Source: Basidiobolus meristosporus CBS 931.73 (taxonomy: Eukaryota; Fungi; Basidiobolomycota). Taken from it: a stretch of 50,738 nt of DNA. Shown here piece by piece: positions 1 to 11,700 of the stretch (positions are counted from its first letter, which is position 1; each line of letters starts with the position of its first letter). The position numbers and the translations under genes were made by a program. The stretch covers positions 1-50,738 of the forward strand of contig MCFE01000638.1 in NCBI GenBank assembly GCA_002104905.1, given 5' to 3'. The notes beneath the pieces are model-generated. The model saw only the letters and a program-made list of their open reading frames with translations, searched no databases and was not told where the DNA came from.

Positions 1-792
1 CTTTCTACAATGGAGTACATGTGTAGCCGGAGAGCTTCATCATGTTGGGGCGGAAAACCAGTTGCCATCCCAATCGCACGTGAATAGACTCTGCCCAACG
101 CCAGCGCAGAGTTCCATACAGAAAAGTGGATGGTGAACGAAATGAAGTGTCGATCATCCGGTCGGACAAGCATCCAAATGATGGACAAATTGCCAATTCA
201 ACGGGTACCGATGGAGCCGGTTTTGGGCGGATAGAGGTATGAAGATACCATCTCAAGTGGGGGACCACCAAATCTCCCCAAGGCTCATTTACTGCTGCTG
301 CAGATGCTGGAGTGAAATGACTTTGGCTAACTAGGCTTGGCTAGATTGGTTCATTCCGAGTGACTCAAACCCGCCAAGTATCCACTCCAAGGAATCCACC
401 ACTAAGCAACCAATCAATGTGAAGTAGTGGCGGTGGAAGTTCCATTTCAGATTATGATCAAGCGATGGAAAGAGATATAGTACAGGTCATCTCGTAGTCA
501 AACAGACCCCCGACACCGAGGGACACACATGGTACTTTCATTTAATTCGAAAGTGTTTTGTGGCAATGTGAATACAACGAGGATGAGGACATTTTGGACA
601 AGTATTGTGTGGGTGTTGGCGTGTGTTCAAAGAAATCGTTGAGAGATTTTGCAAGTATATCACATAAGAGTCGGTTCGGTTGTGTTGAGGAAATAAACAA
701 TGTTGGGAGGTGGGTCGGTGTTCAGAGAAGACGGGAGGGTAGGGGAACGGAGGATACAAAACCAAAATAAACAGCTGAAAGTATGGGTTTTT

Positions 793-2234
793 CTATTCAC
801 GGCACTGAGGTCTCTTTGCGCGGTGCCGGCCCAGCGCGTCCATTCTGGAGAACTTTTTACCACAGTGATCACAATTGAACGGCTTCACGCCGGAATGAAT
901 CTTGTAGTGACGTTTTAAATCATGGTTCCGACTGAATGTCTGATCACACTTGTCGCAAGCAAAGGGTCGGTCGTCAGTATGAGTCCGGTAATGCGATTTG
1001 AGGTTGTACAGACGAGTGAAGGCTTTCCCACAGGATGGAAACTCGCAAGTGTAAACTGCAATGGATTCGTCCGACTCGGGGGTATCCATGCTCTCTGTAA
1101 CACTCTTTTTCCGAGAGTTTTTCGGCACTGGGGACTTTGAATACTTTTTGGCCGTGTCTCTAGATGGGGATGCCTTGCTGCAAGCAGCACCTTTGACCGA
1201 ATGTGAATCAGCAATATCCTCCGTGCTTGATGACGAGATGCTTGAGCGCCTGCTGCTAGGGGGCGTGTAATCAGAATCTATATCCTCTTTATCCGGTGTT
1301 CCCTCACTACTCTCTGTGTCTAAGAACTCACTCAGCATACCGGTGATATGGTTGGGATGGCCTGTCGCCGGAACCTCTCCGCAGTCAGTGTCTGCTGCTA
1401 CCAGGTCGCTGAATAATTCTTCAAATACGAACTGATTCCCAACATCGAATTCGGCGAAGCGATCACCTTCCTTAACAAGCCCTTTTTGTTTCTTGTTTGA
1501 GAGGAAGAGATCTACACCGATGCTATGGCGCTTGGTAGTTGTGCTAGTATTACATTGCTCGGATTTCTCCACTGAGTTGGATGCACTGAGCGGTTTTGTG
1601 AAGGAGTCATCGTTGAACTCCAAAATGTCACAAGGCCTGCAGAGGGAGGTTGGATCGATCGCGAGAGAATTTTCGTAGATGGGAGTTATAAGAAAGGAGG
1701 TGGGTGTGGAGAGTGGAGAGGTAGTCGCTAGTGTGCTTGAATCTGAGAATGGAAAGGATGTGTGCTGAGGGTTGTCTGTGGCGAATGGTGGGTGGATTTT
1801 GTGGCCTCCTAGTGATGACTCTGAATAGGGGAGCCCAAGGATTGAGTCAAGACAGCCTTCCTGAAAGTCGTCACTTCTCACGGGCTGTTGGGAGTTTCCT
1901 AAACATCGTGAAGGGACAATACAAGTCAGTCAACCTTGCTCAGTATGGGTAGGAGTTGGGACAGTAACGTACCAAGTGGGGTCTGTACAAGAGTTGGTAC
2001 ATTAGTGAGCTCGTAGTCATTGGGCTGGACCAGGGACAGTGAATCGATGCTACAGGTCTCAACCGGAGAAAGTACAAAGTTGAAGTCCAGCATATCATTC
2101 GATTGTATAGACTTCTCCGAATGAAGATAATCATTCGACGATGGGAGCAGCTGTTCATCCAACAACAATCCGTCAGCATTGAATAAGAAGGAAGAGTCGA
2201 TGCTCATTCTTTCTAATTGTCCAATAGAGAGCAT
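793..2234 (-). CDS. C2H2 zinc-finger transcription factor with Crz1/CrzA-like triple finger; exons 2234(or further upstream)-1973 and 1898-793
   Basis: The C-terminus has three C2H2 fingers (CEFPSCGKAFTRLYNLKSHYRTHTDDRPF / CDKCDQTFSRNHDLKRHYKIHSGVKPF / CDHCGKKFSRMDALGRH) matching the Crz1-family pattern FTRxYNLxSH...RxHDxKRH...RxDALxRH. ORFs 1926-2288 and 793-1881 join in frame through a 74-nt phase-1 intron at 1972-1899 (GTACGT...CTGAC...TTTAG). The first in-frame ATG is at 2234; the 5' end is unresolved because a GTAAGA donor near 2334 hints at another upstream exon. Confidence 0.85.
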
Positions 2235-3153
2235 TGTATAGGTGGTGGGAGGGAGATCCAAAGCTGATATATAGTTGACAATTGACACTCGATATTTAGA
2301 AGAGACTAGGGTTGAACAATGGACGATATCTTACTGGGACAGCTAATATTATTGAACCAGGATAAAGATGAGAGCCAGACTGTGGAGTATTTATAATGTC
2401 ATCAAGCCAGTCACACAAGGGGACACTGCAATGAATCATTGGAGGAAATGATGGAAGCTCACCACGCAACATTGGACAAAATAAGGAGGAAATCAGAATC
2501 CCAATCATATGGTTCATTTCTGGGGGAATCATTCGGTGTATTTTCAGGTGAGAATTTCATCGGGAATAGGTTCGAGAAGTCGTCTCAGAAGCGCTAATAA
2601 AGCAAGACAAAGGCGAAACCAAGGCACAGCTCTGTATCCCCAACCTAATTTATTGGGAATATATGTAGTTCAGATGGCGAGCGACTTTCTTTCCGGTGTG
2701 CGGCTAGAATCAATCAAGGATCCACAAGGCTTATACTAAATTGGACGCACCACTCTTTCGACCAGACCATTCAACTCGTGCATGCGAACGTACAATACAA
2801 ATCTAGGAATTAAAGGAAGAAACAAGTTTATACCACCATGCACTCCTTCCTTACTTTAGGTCAAGCAGCAAGTTGATGCTCCACTAATCAACGGCCTTGA
2901 CCCAGAGTAGGGACCTAGATAGAGCCTCACCCCTGCTCTTTCTCCACATACTCCATTAGCATACATATGGTATGGTGTGATTGCTTTGAGAGCATACACA
3001 TTGTCCAATCACCACATCCTTATTTTAACACAACCTTTTACTCAACATTTACGCAATCCCGAGTCGCTGTGTTTTAAGCTAGACTGATGCAACGAAATGA
3101 TACATTTCTTGTTTAAAATGGGCTCATCATAAATGCCATACCACATGGTGATC

Positions 3154-3233
3154 GAATCCCATACCTGGCCATTGTTCTGAATCCCATACCTGGCCATTGT
3201 ACTGAATCCTATACCTGACTATCGTACTGAATC
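3154..3233. repeat. 25-bp minisatellite, about 3.2 degenerate copies
   Basis: gaatcccatacctggccattgttct / gaatcccatacctggccattgtact / gaatcctatacctgactatcgtact / gaatc. Confidence 0.85.
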
Positions 3234-4052
3234 ATGGACTTGACCATCAGTGTGTTTAGCATGAATCATGCTCCATTGTACATGATAGTCTTTTGGTATT
3301 GCTGGCTTAACGGCTTGCGTACCACTTTGTACTACATCGCAATGTTTTGATTGAGGTGTTTGAATTGGGAAAGGCAAGAACTCAATCTATGCTTCATATT
3401 CCCAATTCTCACAGAAGCTCACCTCCCTGGGATTTTTCAACCCAAGTTACAAAACTCGAGGATGAGCAGGTGGTATCATTCCATGGTTAAATTGACCATG
3501 TATTGACATAGGGGATCTGCATGAAAGCCCTGTAGCTATCTACCAAGTTTCATCTCAGCCAGTCGCTGCTAAGCCACCCAATAGTTGATTATCAAAATCA
3601 AAGAACATCCAGAGACATTAATACAATATGCTATTGCAGTAAAGTTACCGTATTCCAGCCTGACATCCCATAACTGAGCGTCGCGAGGATGGAGCGAGTG
3701 GAATTGTCACAAGCCTCGAGAATTCCTTCCACATTTCTAAATGAATGGGTGAGCTCTTAGACCTCCTGACATCCAGGTCATGTTACTATCTTGGTGGAGC
3801 CCACTACCATCACTATGGGCTATGTCCGAATTCACCCGATATGGACGCTCGTCATTAGCACTCAAGTTGGTTGATGGAGGATCTAGATATCGAGGAAAAT
3901 CGTATCAAGCAAACCTGTTCCAATGAGGCCCATATCTCTTGCATAATAATTGAAGCCAGGCGTTATTGGACATTTCTGTAGTACATAATCAGCGAACTTC
4001 CATTTCTGGCCTTACCGACAATAAAAATATGTTGATCAAGCTCGAACTATTC

Positions 4053-4061
4053 ATGACTCAT
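4053..4061. promoter_or_regulatory. Gcn4/AP-1-type palindrome ATGACTCAT (contains the Bas1-type TGACTC) upstream of ADE12
   Basis: Exact ATGACTCAT about 280 bp before the ATG. Yeast ADE genes are controlled through TGACTC(A) sites; function here is inferred. Confidence 0.4.
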
Positions 4062-4284
4062 AATGGAAGGTGGATACTGAAAAAAAATTGCTCGCAAACT
4101 AATCAGAGGACGGAATCACCATCCACTTGTAAGAGCCGCTCATACCGAATGTTCTTTTCATGGTTACATTTAGGCCATTCATTCGCCACTTGGTACTGCT
4201 TTTGCTTCTGCTGGGGGTCATCTCGGGGGATCCCCATTTTTGCACAATCCGTACAAAAGCCCACCGAAGTTCAACTGAAAAAAG

Positions 4285-4341
4285 GTTTGTGACTCCGCTC
4301 AAATTTCCTTACTCTTTTACACTCTTTTGTTATCTTTATAG
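4285..4341 (+). other. Probable 5'-UTR intron of ADE12, ending immediately before the ATG
   Basis: AAG|GTTTGT donor, pyrimidine-rich body and TTTATAG acceptor directly followed by ATG. An in-frame TGA upstream of the donor shows the preceding exon is not in the ADE12 frame. Confidence 0.6.
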
Positions 4342-5674
4342 ATGACTGTCGATAACAAGGTTACCGTTGTGTTAGGTGCCCAGTGGGGTGACGAAGGCAA
4401 AGGAAAACTGGTTGACCTTCTTGCCGCCGATATTGACCTCTGTGCCCGTTGCCAGGTATAGTACACCCGTTTCTTCCGGCATGTGATCACCACTGACTCC
4501 GCAATAGGGTGGTAACAACGCTGGCCATACTATCGTCGCCAATGGAGTCAAGTATGATTTCCATATGCTTCCTTCCGGCTTGGTGAACCCCAACTGCTAC
4601 AACCTTCTCGGAAACGGTGTTGTCATCCACCTGCCAGCTTTCTTCCAGGAGCTGGAGACCCTCATCAACAAGGGTCTCGACTGTGAGAAGCGCATCTTCG
4701 TCTCCGACCGTGCCCACCTTGTCTTGGATCTTCATCAAATTGTTGATGGTTTGAAGGAGCTTGAGCTTGGACGTGGTAGCATTGGTACCACCAAGAAGGG
4801 TATCGGGCCAGCTTACTCTTCCAAGGCTAACCGTGACGGTATCCGTGTTCACCACCTTTTCAACGAGGAGGAGTTCAACAACAAATTCCGCGCCTTGGTG
4901 GAGAAAAAGCACAAGCGTTATGGAGACTTTGAGTATGATGTCGAGGCTGAATTGGCCAGATACAGACAATTGGCCGAAAAGATTAAGCCTTTCGTTGTTG
5001 ATGGTGTTTCCTTCATCCACAAGGCCCTCAACGAGAACAAGAACATCTTGATTGAAGGTGCCAACGCCATCATGCTTGACATCGATTTCGGTACCTACCC
5101 ATATGTCACCTCATCTAACACTGGTGTTGCTGGTGTTTGCACCGGTCTTGGTATCCCTCCCAGAAGCGTCGGTAAGGTTATTGGTGTTGTCAAGGCTTAC
5201 ACCACTCGTGTTGGTGGCGGTCCATTCCCTACTGAGCTTCACGATGAAGATGGCGAGCGTCTTCAAACCATTGGTGCTGAGGTTGGTGTCACCACTGGTA
5301 GAAAGAGACGTTGCGGATGGTTGGATCTTGTCGTCCTCAAGTACTCCCACATGATCAACGGATACTCCAGCATCAACATCACCAAGCTCGATGTTCTTGA
5401 TACCTTCCCCGAGATTAAGGTTGCCACGGCATACAAGCTCAACGGCCAAGTATTGGAATCCTTCCCCGCTGATCTCGGAACCCTCGGACAAGTCGAGGTG
5501 CAGTACGATGTTCTTCCTGGCTGGCAAAGCGACATCTCGAACTGCCGTAAATTCGAGGAGCTTCCAGTCAACGCTCAGAAGTATGTTAAATACATTGAGA
5601 ACTTCCTTGGTACCAAGGTTGAATGGATTGGTGTGGGTGCCAGCCGTGATGCTATGATTCACATTCCTTTGTAA
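4342..5674 (+). CDS. ADE12: Adenylosuccinate synthetase, 426 aa; exons 4342-4455 and 4508-5674
   Basis: Contains the P-loop [16 protein letters not shown], then RCQ|GGNNAGHT across a 52-nt phase-0 intron (GTATAG...CTGAC...TAG), plus [37 protein letters not shown] and TKLDVLD motifs. Confidence 0.98.
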
Positions 5675-7374
5675 ATCTTCACACTCCATAGACAGAACTT
5701 TAAGCCATCTCTCACCCTCCCCTTACTCCATCAGAAGCTTATTTATTTTGAAGCGAAGTCGTGGTCAACCACTTCATTTGTTTATAAACTTGAAATCCGG
5801 TGTTACGTCTCGCACGAAATTCTAAATAAAGGATAATATGTACCATACTCGTGATGGCCAATACCCAATCTGGTTCCCCACCCACCAACCCTGCAAACGG
5901 TACAATCAGTGATGGAACCCTCCAGGTTACCATGTGTCCCTGTCAACAATTGCTTAATTTGGCCTTTGGCAAGTGCGACGCACGACGTACGCCAGTTGAC
6001 TCATGCTGGCAGCTCTACGCCATATATGACTATATTTAGCGTGTAGTCATAACGAGCGCTGGTGGTCAAATCCGCTTAACCCTTGTGTGGAAATTGAGTC
6101 ATGGCGAAAATCCACGCTGGTGCCCAATTGTACCTACGCCCTATTCCTATCAGGGAGATGTGATTGGATGAAGGGCCGTTACGATACATGGGGGACTTGT
6201 CAAATTTTCCGAGGCCCACCCAACCCGCTTCTGTGGACACGTTGCTCAAGCACGATGATAACGACGGTGGTTGGGGGAAGGGAAGATCTCATATTCTCGA
6301 GCAAATTCAGTGAAGCTTACAAGCGCTTCCAGTCCTCAGGTTGCCGATATAGCTTACGGAGTATTTGCATTTACCCGAATGGATCACTCAGCCAAATTTA
6401 TTACACAACAATCTTGACCAAAGCCATTCCATGGATCCCATTGAATCGAGATAATCTTATATGCTTCGTTGGTACAGAAACAATGCTCAACGGTATGAAG
6501 CATCAGCAGTTTTAGTAAATGAAACTTCAGCAGTCATAGCAGTGATCTCCATCTAGGCAAAAGTCATCAGTTTTCAAGAAGAGTGAGTGGGAAATCCCAT
6601 ATTTTGAATTCTCTAGCTTGGCTCCAGAATGTCGGTAATATAATGTGTGCTAACTTGCAATGGTCAGAAACAATATGCCTACAGATGATCCACAGGAATG
6701 ATTGGCTTGCACGTCTATGGGTTCAGGCACCTCCAGTGTGTAGACTCGCTCGATTGCTCAATTCTTTTTGAGAGTCCACGCTTCCTTGAGACATTTCATA
6801 GTTTCTTAAAATGTGACTTGCTTGCCAGTATTGATCCGGTTACGGATAACAAGGGTAGTAGTATAATTATTTGTTGAGTATGGACTAAAGCAATTGAGAA
6901 TTCTTTGTAATAGATAAGCTGAAAGCTGACATTAGTACTATGCTCATTCAAACCTCCCAGAGCTTGGTGCCCAGCTTCCTATGCCTTCCTTAAAACACTT
7001 TAATTATCCCCCTTACTCCGCTTGACTAAAAATATAGTAACGTTTCCACCCCAGCTAATCAACATGTGAGAATCACATATTCCAGTGATTCCTAGTGACT
7101 TCCAGATATCAAAGCCTACATTGATAAGGTCTTCCAGTAGGGATCTCTATGGAAAATATCAAGCTTGGATATCAGATGATATTCTGCTAGTATTTTTCAG
7201 TAAATTTTTCAAGTGCAAACATCTCTGGAGTCATTGTGCTGGACATTTTTGGTATGAGGATTACTCACGCACAGCACTTTCTAGGTCATTTGTCTACTTC
7301 ACCTTAAGAAAACCAGCACTTCTGATATTGAAAGTTGTAACATGAAGGAAATTGGCGAATTGATGTTTGCAACC

Positions 7375-7950
7375 AGATATTTGTTGCAAGATTCTAGAGA
7401 GTATAAGCAATATGAGAACTCGAAAAATTGTATTGCATTTGCTTGTTACTCAATTGAGTTCAAACAAAGTATTTATACTTTTAGGAAAACTTTGTAGAGC
7501 TTATGAAATGAATACCGTCAGGAAGATCCCAGAAAGCTGAGTCCAAAGCTTGGGGACTTCTGTGCAAGTCAGAGAATATGGACAACCTCCAAGCCATTGT
7601 TGTGAATCTTGTAATTACACCTGAGTATTCACCTAGCTTAGTTGCTTGAGTCATAGTCTACAAATCTTGGTGAATTCTGGCCAAATTCCTTTTGGGATTT
7701 ACATGGAATATTTTCACCAAAATATCAGGTACCTAGAACACCAGAAATCTCAAAGATGTCCAAACAGCCCCAAACTTTGCACACGTGTCGCCTTTCTAAA
7801 CATATTTTATCTGTTTGTTTTGCCAAGATCCTGTAAAAGTATGAATACTACTTTTACATTCAATAAATCACCACGTGAAAACTGCTGTAAATTTTGTAAT
7901 TACACCTAAATATTCGCCTAACTTAGTCATCGAGCTCATGGTTTCTGAGT
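7375..7950. mobile_element. Degenerate copy of the foldback/MITE-like family also at 46861-47340
   Basis: Shares gtccaaacagccccaaactttgcacac, tactacttttacattcaataaatca and acacctaaatattcgcctaacttagtca with the 47 kb copy. Inverted arm remnants: gtatttatactttt near 7470 versus aaaagtatgaatac near 7836. Confidence 0.65.
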
Positions 7951-8279
7951 TCCTAACAATAATGTAAATATTAGACTAGAGCGCAAAGTCACAACTAAAT
8001 ACTCGATATTACTACTTGTTTTCACCAATCTCGCTAACGTATTAATTTGCGAGGAGGTTTTACTGAATACACCACTGGTTGATATATGAGAGGTTCAAAA
8101 ATGACCTACTGCCACGAGGTTTAAAAGACCCCGAGTTTCACGCACAACTTTCCGGCATTCTCCATGGCACATATCATTCAAAAAGAAAGAAAGCCGTCGG
8201 AAGGTTTGGAAATGGGGTTGTTTTTTAGTTTGTCTAGACTGTAACTCTTGCTGCATACATTGATGCGCATCTGATTAGC

Positions 8280-8750
8280 CGGTTCGGCTCGATTTCGTAC
8301 AGCTCGGTACTCACAACTCTATCTGCTACCTATGCTTGGTTGGCACGAAAAGGAGAAGCAACGTGGATGCGAAACACGTAGTCATGCTGAGTTTGGAGTT
8401 TTCTATACGCGGGTTTATGCCATTTCGGTTGATCCTGGTGAATCAGGATTCACATGGCTTTTGCACATTAGAATTGGAGGTAATATGGAAGGAATATTCT
8501 TCTCGAAACTGCCTGAGAACGGAGACGATGCTATTGGTGATATGGGTTCGGTGTTTGCTAACATTTTCAGCGCAGAAGGTTCTAATAGTCAATTTCCAGA
8601 TGTGATTGCTTCCCAAATTAGGGATTGGTGATGAAGATGTTTATTTCTTAATTTGATGGTTTGTTGGTTCTCTATGTATAATAATCATTACTAGTCTAGT
8701 TAAGTGACTCTAAAAAAATGGAGCGGATAAACCTCGTATGGTCTACCGTG
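8280..8750. repeat. 3' flank of gene A, duplicated at about 26735-27245
   Basis: Collinear diverged match, e.g. tactcacaactctatctg, cgtagtcatgct and ggataaacctc present in both copies; related to the flanks at 23516-23990 and 29180-29663. Confidence 0.8.
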
Positions 8751-8751
8751 C

Positions 8752-11700
8752 TCATACCCAATCACAAATAATGGATTGGCCAAGGGATTTACAGACAGTG
8801 CCGCTTGCGCAATGGTTTTGAATCAGACGTCCATTACTGCAAACAAAGAAGATTGGTGAGGCGCCAGAGTCAAGACAACTGTACTGCCCATTAGTGCAGC
8901 CTCCGCTATAAGTAGGTTTCGCCTGTTTTTCGTCATGCGTAACCGTAACTGTCTGGATATTGTGAAGTGTAACTGTCCGGATGTCTGTAACGGTAACTTG
9001 ACTGACGTCAGTCACTGAAACTACAACAGTAGCGGTAGCACATTGAGGAGCACATGTTAAACCGGTGGAAAGTGGAGGGAATTGGGATACTACTGCGGTG
9101 GCAGTTGGCTCTAGAACGATCGTGCTATCAACGACAGTATGTATACTACCATCATTCGCCGAAATAGTTGCGACATGGGCAACTGTCTCAGCGGTTACAG
9201 TGCGAGCTTTCCCCATGGATTTAGCAACTACAGATAGGGTAGGTTCAATAGTGACAGTACGGTCAACAACTGTGTGAATGTTGCCGTTGGATTCAGTCAC
9301 AGTGATGGTGCGATCACCGCTTTCATCAGAAATGGTAGGCTGAACAGTAACAGTGCGGTCAACAACAGTGTGAACATTGCCGTTGGACTCAGTCACAGTG
9401 ATGGTACGGGCATCACTTTCTACGGAAACGGTAGGCTGAACAGTGACAGTGCGGTCAACAACAGTGTGAACATTGCCGTTGGACTCAGTCACAGTGATGG
9501 TACGGGCATCACTTTCTACGGAAACGGTAGGCTGAACAGTGACAGTGCGGTCAACAACAGTGTGAACATTGCCGTTGGGTTCAGTCACAGTGATGGTACG
9601 GGCACCACTTTCAACAGAAACGGTAGGCTGAACAGTGACAGTGCGGTCAACAACAGTGTGAACATTGCCGTTGGACTCAGTCACGGTGATGGTACGGGCA
9701 CCACTTTCAACAGGAATGGTAGGCTGAACAGTAACAGTGCGGTCAACAACAGTGTGAACATTGCCGTTGGACTCAGTCACAGTGATGATACGGGCACCGC
9801 TTTCTACAGCAACGGTAGGCTGAACAGTAACAGTGCGGTCAACAACAGTGTGAACATTGCCGTTGGACTCAGTCACAGTAATGGTGCGAGCACCACTTTC
9901 AACAGAAATGGTGGGCTGAACAGTAACAGTGCGGTCAACAACAGTGTGAACATTGCCGTTGGACTCAGTCCCGGTGATGGTACGGTCACCGCTTTCAACA
10001 GAAACGGTAGGCTGAACAGTGACAGTGCGGTCAACAACAGTGTGAACATTGCCGTTGGACCCAGTCACAGTAATGGTGCGAGCACCACTTTCAACTGAAA
10101 CGGTAGGCTGGACAATAACAGTGCGGTCAACAACAGTGTGAACATTACCGTTGGATTCAGTCACAGTAATGGTGCGAGCACCGCTTTCCACAGAAACGGT
10201 AGGCTGAACAGTAACAGTGCGGTCAACAACAGTGTGAACATTGCCGTTGGACTCAGTCACAGTGATGGTGCGAGCACCACTTTCAACAGAAACGGTAGGC
10301 TGAACAGTGACAGTGCGGTCAACAACAGTGTGAACATTGCCGTTGGACTCAGTCACAGTGATGGTACGGGCACCACTTTCAACAGAAACGGTAGGCTGAA
10401 CAGTGACAGTGCGGTCAACAACAGTGTGAACATTGCCGTTGGACTCAGTCACGGTGATGGTACGGGCACCACTTTCAATAGAAATGGTAGGCTGAACAGT
10501 AACAGTGCGGTCAACAACAGTGTGAACATTGCCGTTGGACTCAGTCACAGTGATGGTACGGGCACCACTTTCAACAGAAACGGTAGGCTGAACAGTGACA
10601 GTGCGGTCAACAACAGTGTGAACATTGCCGTTGGACTCAGTCACGGTGATGGTACGAGCACCGCTTTCAACAGAAACGGTAGGCTGAACAGTGACAGTGC
10701 GGTCAACAACAGTGTGAACATTGCCGTTGGATTCAGTCACGGTGATGGTACGAGCACCACTTTCAATAGAAACGGTAGGCTGAACAGTAACAGTACGGTC
10801 AACAACAGTGTGAACATTGCCGTTGGACTCAGTCACAGTGATGGTACGGGCGCCACTTTCAACAGAAACGGTAGGCGCAACAGTAACAGTGCGGTCAACA
10901 ACAGTGTGGATATTGCCGTTGGACTCAGTCACAGTGATAGTACGGGCACCGCTTTCAACAGAAACGGTAGGCTCAACAGTAACAGTGCGGTCAACAACAG
11001 TGTGAACATTGCCGTTGGACTCAGTCACAGTGATGGTACGGGCACCACTTTCAACAGAAACGGTAGGCTGAACAGTGACAGTGCGGTCAACAACAGTGTG
11101 AACATTGCCGTTGGACTCAGTCACGGTGATGGTACGAGCACCGCTTTCAACAGAAACGGTAGGCTGAACAGTGACAGTGCGGTCAACAACAGTGTGAACA
11201 TTGCCGTTGGATTCAGTCACGGTGATGGTACGAGCACCACTTTCAATAGAAACGGTAGGCTGAACAGTAACAGTACGGTCAACAACAGTGTGAACATTGC
11301 CGTTGGACTCAGTCACAGTGATGGTACGGGCGCCACTTTCAACAGAAACGGTAGGCGCAACAGTAACAGTGCGGTCAACAACAGTGTGGATATTGCCGTT
11401 GGACTCAGTCACAGTGATAGTACGGGCACCGCTTTCAACAGAAACGGTAGGCTCAACAGTAACAGTGCGGTCAACAACAGTGTGAACATTGCCGTTGGAC
11501 TCAGTCACAGTGATGGTACGGGCACCACTTTCAACAGAAACGGTAGGCTGAATAGTAACAGTGCGGTTAACAACAGTGTGAACATTGCCGTTGGACTCAG
11601 TCACGGTGATGGTACGGGCACCACTTTCAATAGAAACGGTAGGCTGAATAGTGACAGTGCGGTCAACAACAGTGTGAACATTGCTGTTGGACTCAGTCAC

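Noticed and set aside
1-340. Possible terminal exons of a neighbouring gene (plus-strand open stretch about 84-236 followed by GTATGA; a minus-strand open frame also exists)
   Set aside because: No recognisable homology or consistent splice model; strand cannot be decided.
793-2234. Functional link between the Crz1-like factor and the chitin-binding array
   Set aside because: No convincing calcineurin-response elements in the A/B promoters, and ADE12 intervenes; proximity alone is not evidence.
6087-6800. 142-aa ORF and adjacent short ORFs as a gene or transposase relic
   Set aside because: No motif I can support and no consistent frame; it needs a TBLASTX search.
8332-8631. 99-aa plus-strand ORF with AISVDPGE, reminiscent of a RuvC/YqgF first strand
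   Set aside because: It lies in the duplicated 3' flank; homologous copies at 26.8, 23.7 and 29.4 kb have stops and indels, and no further catalytic motifs are present.
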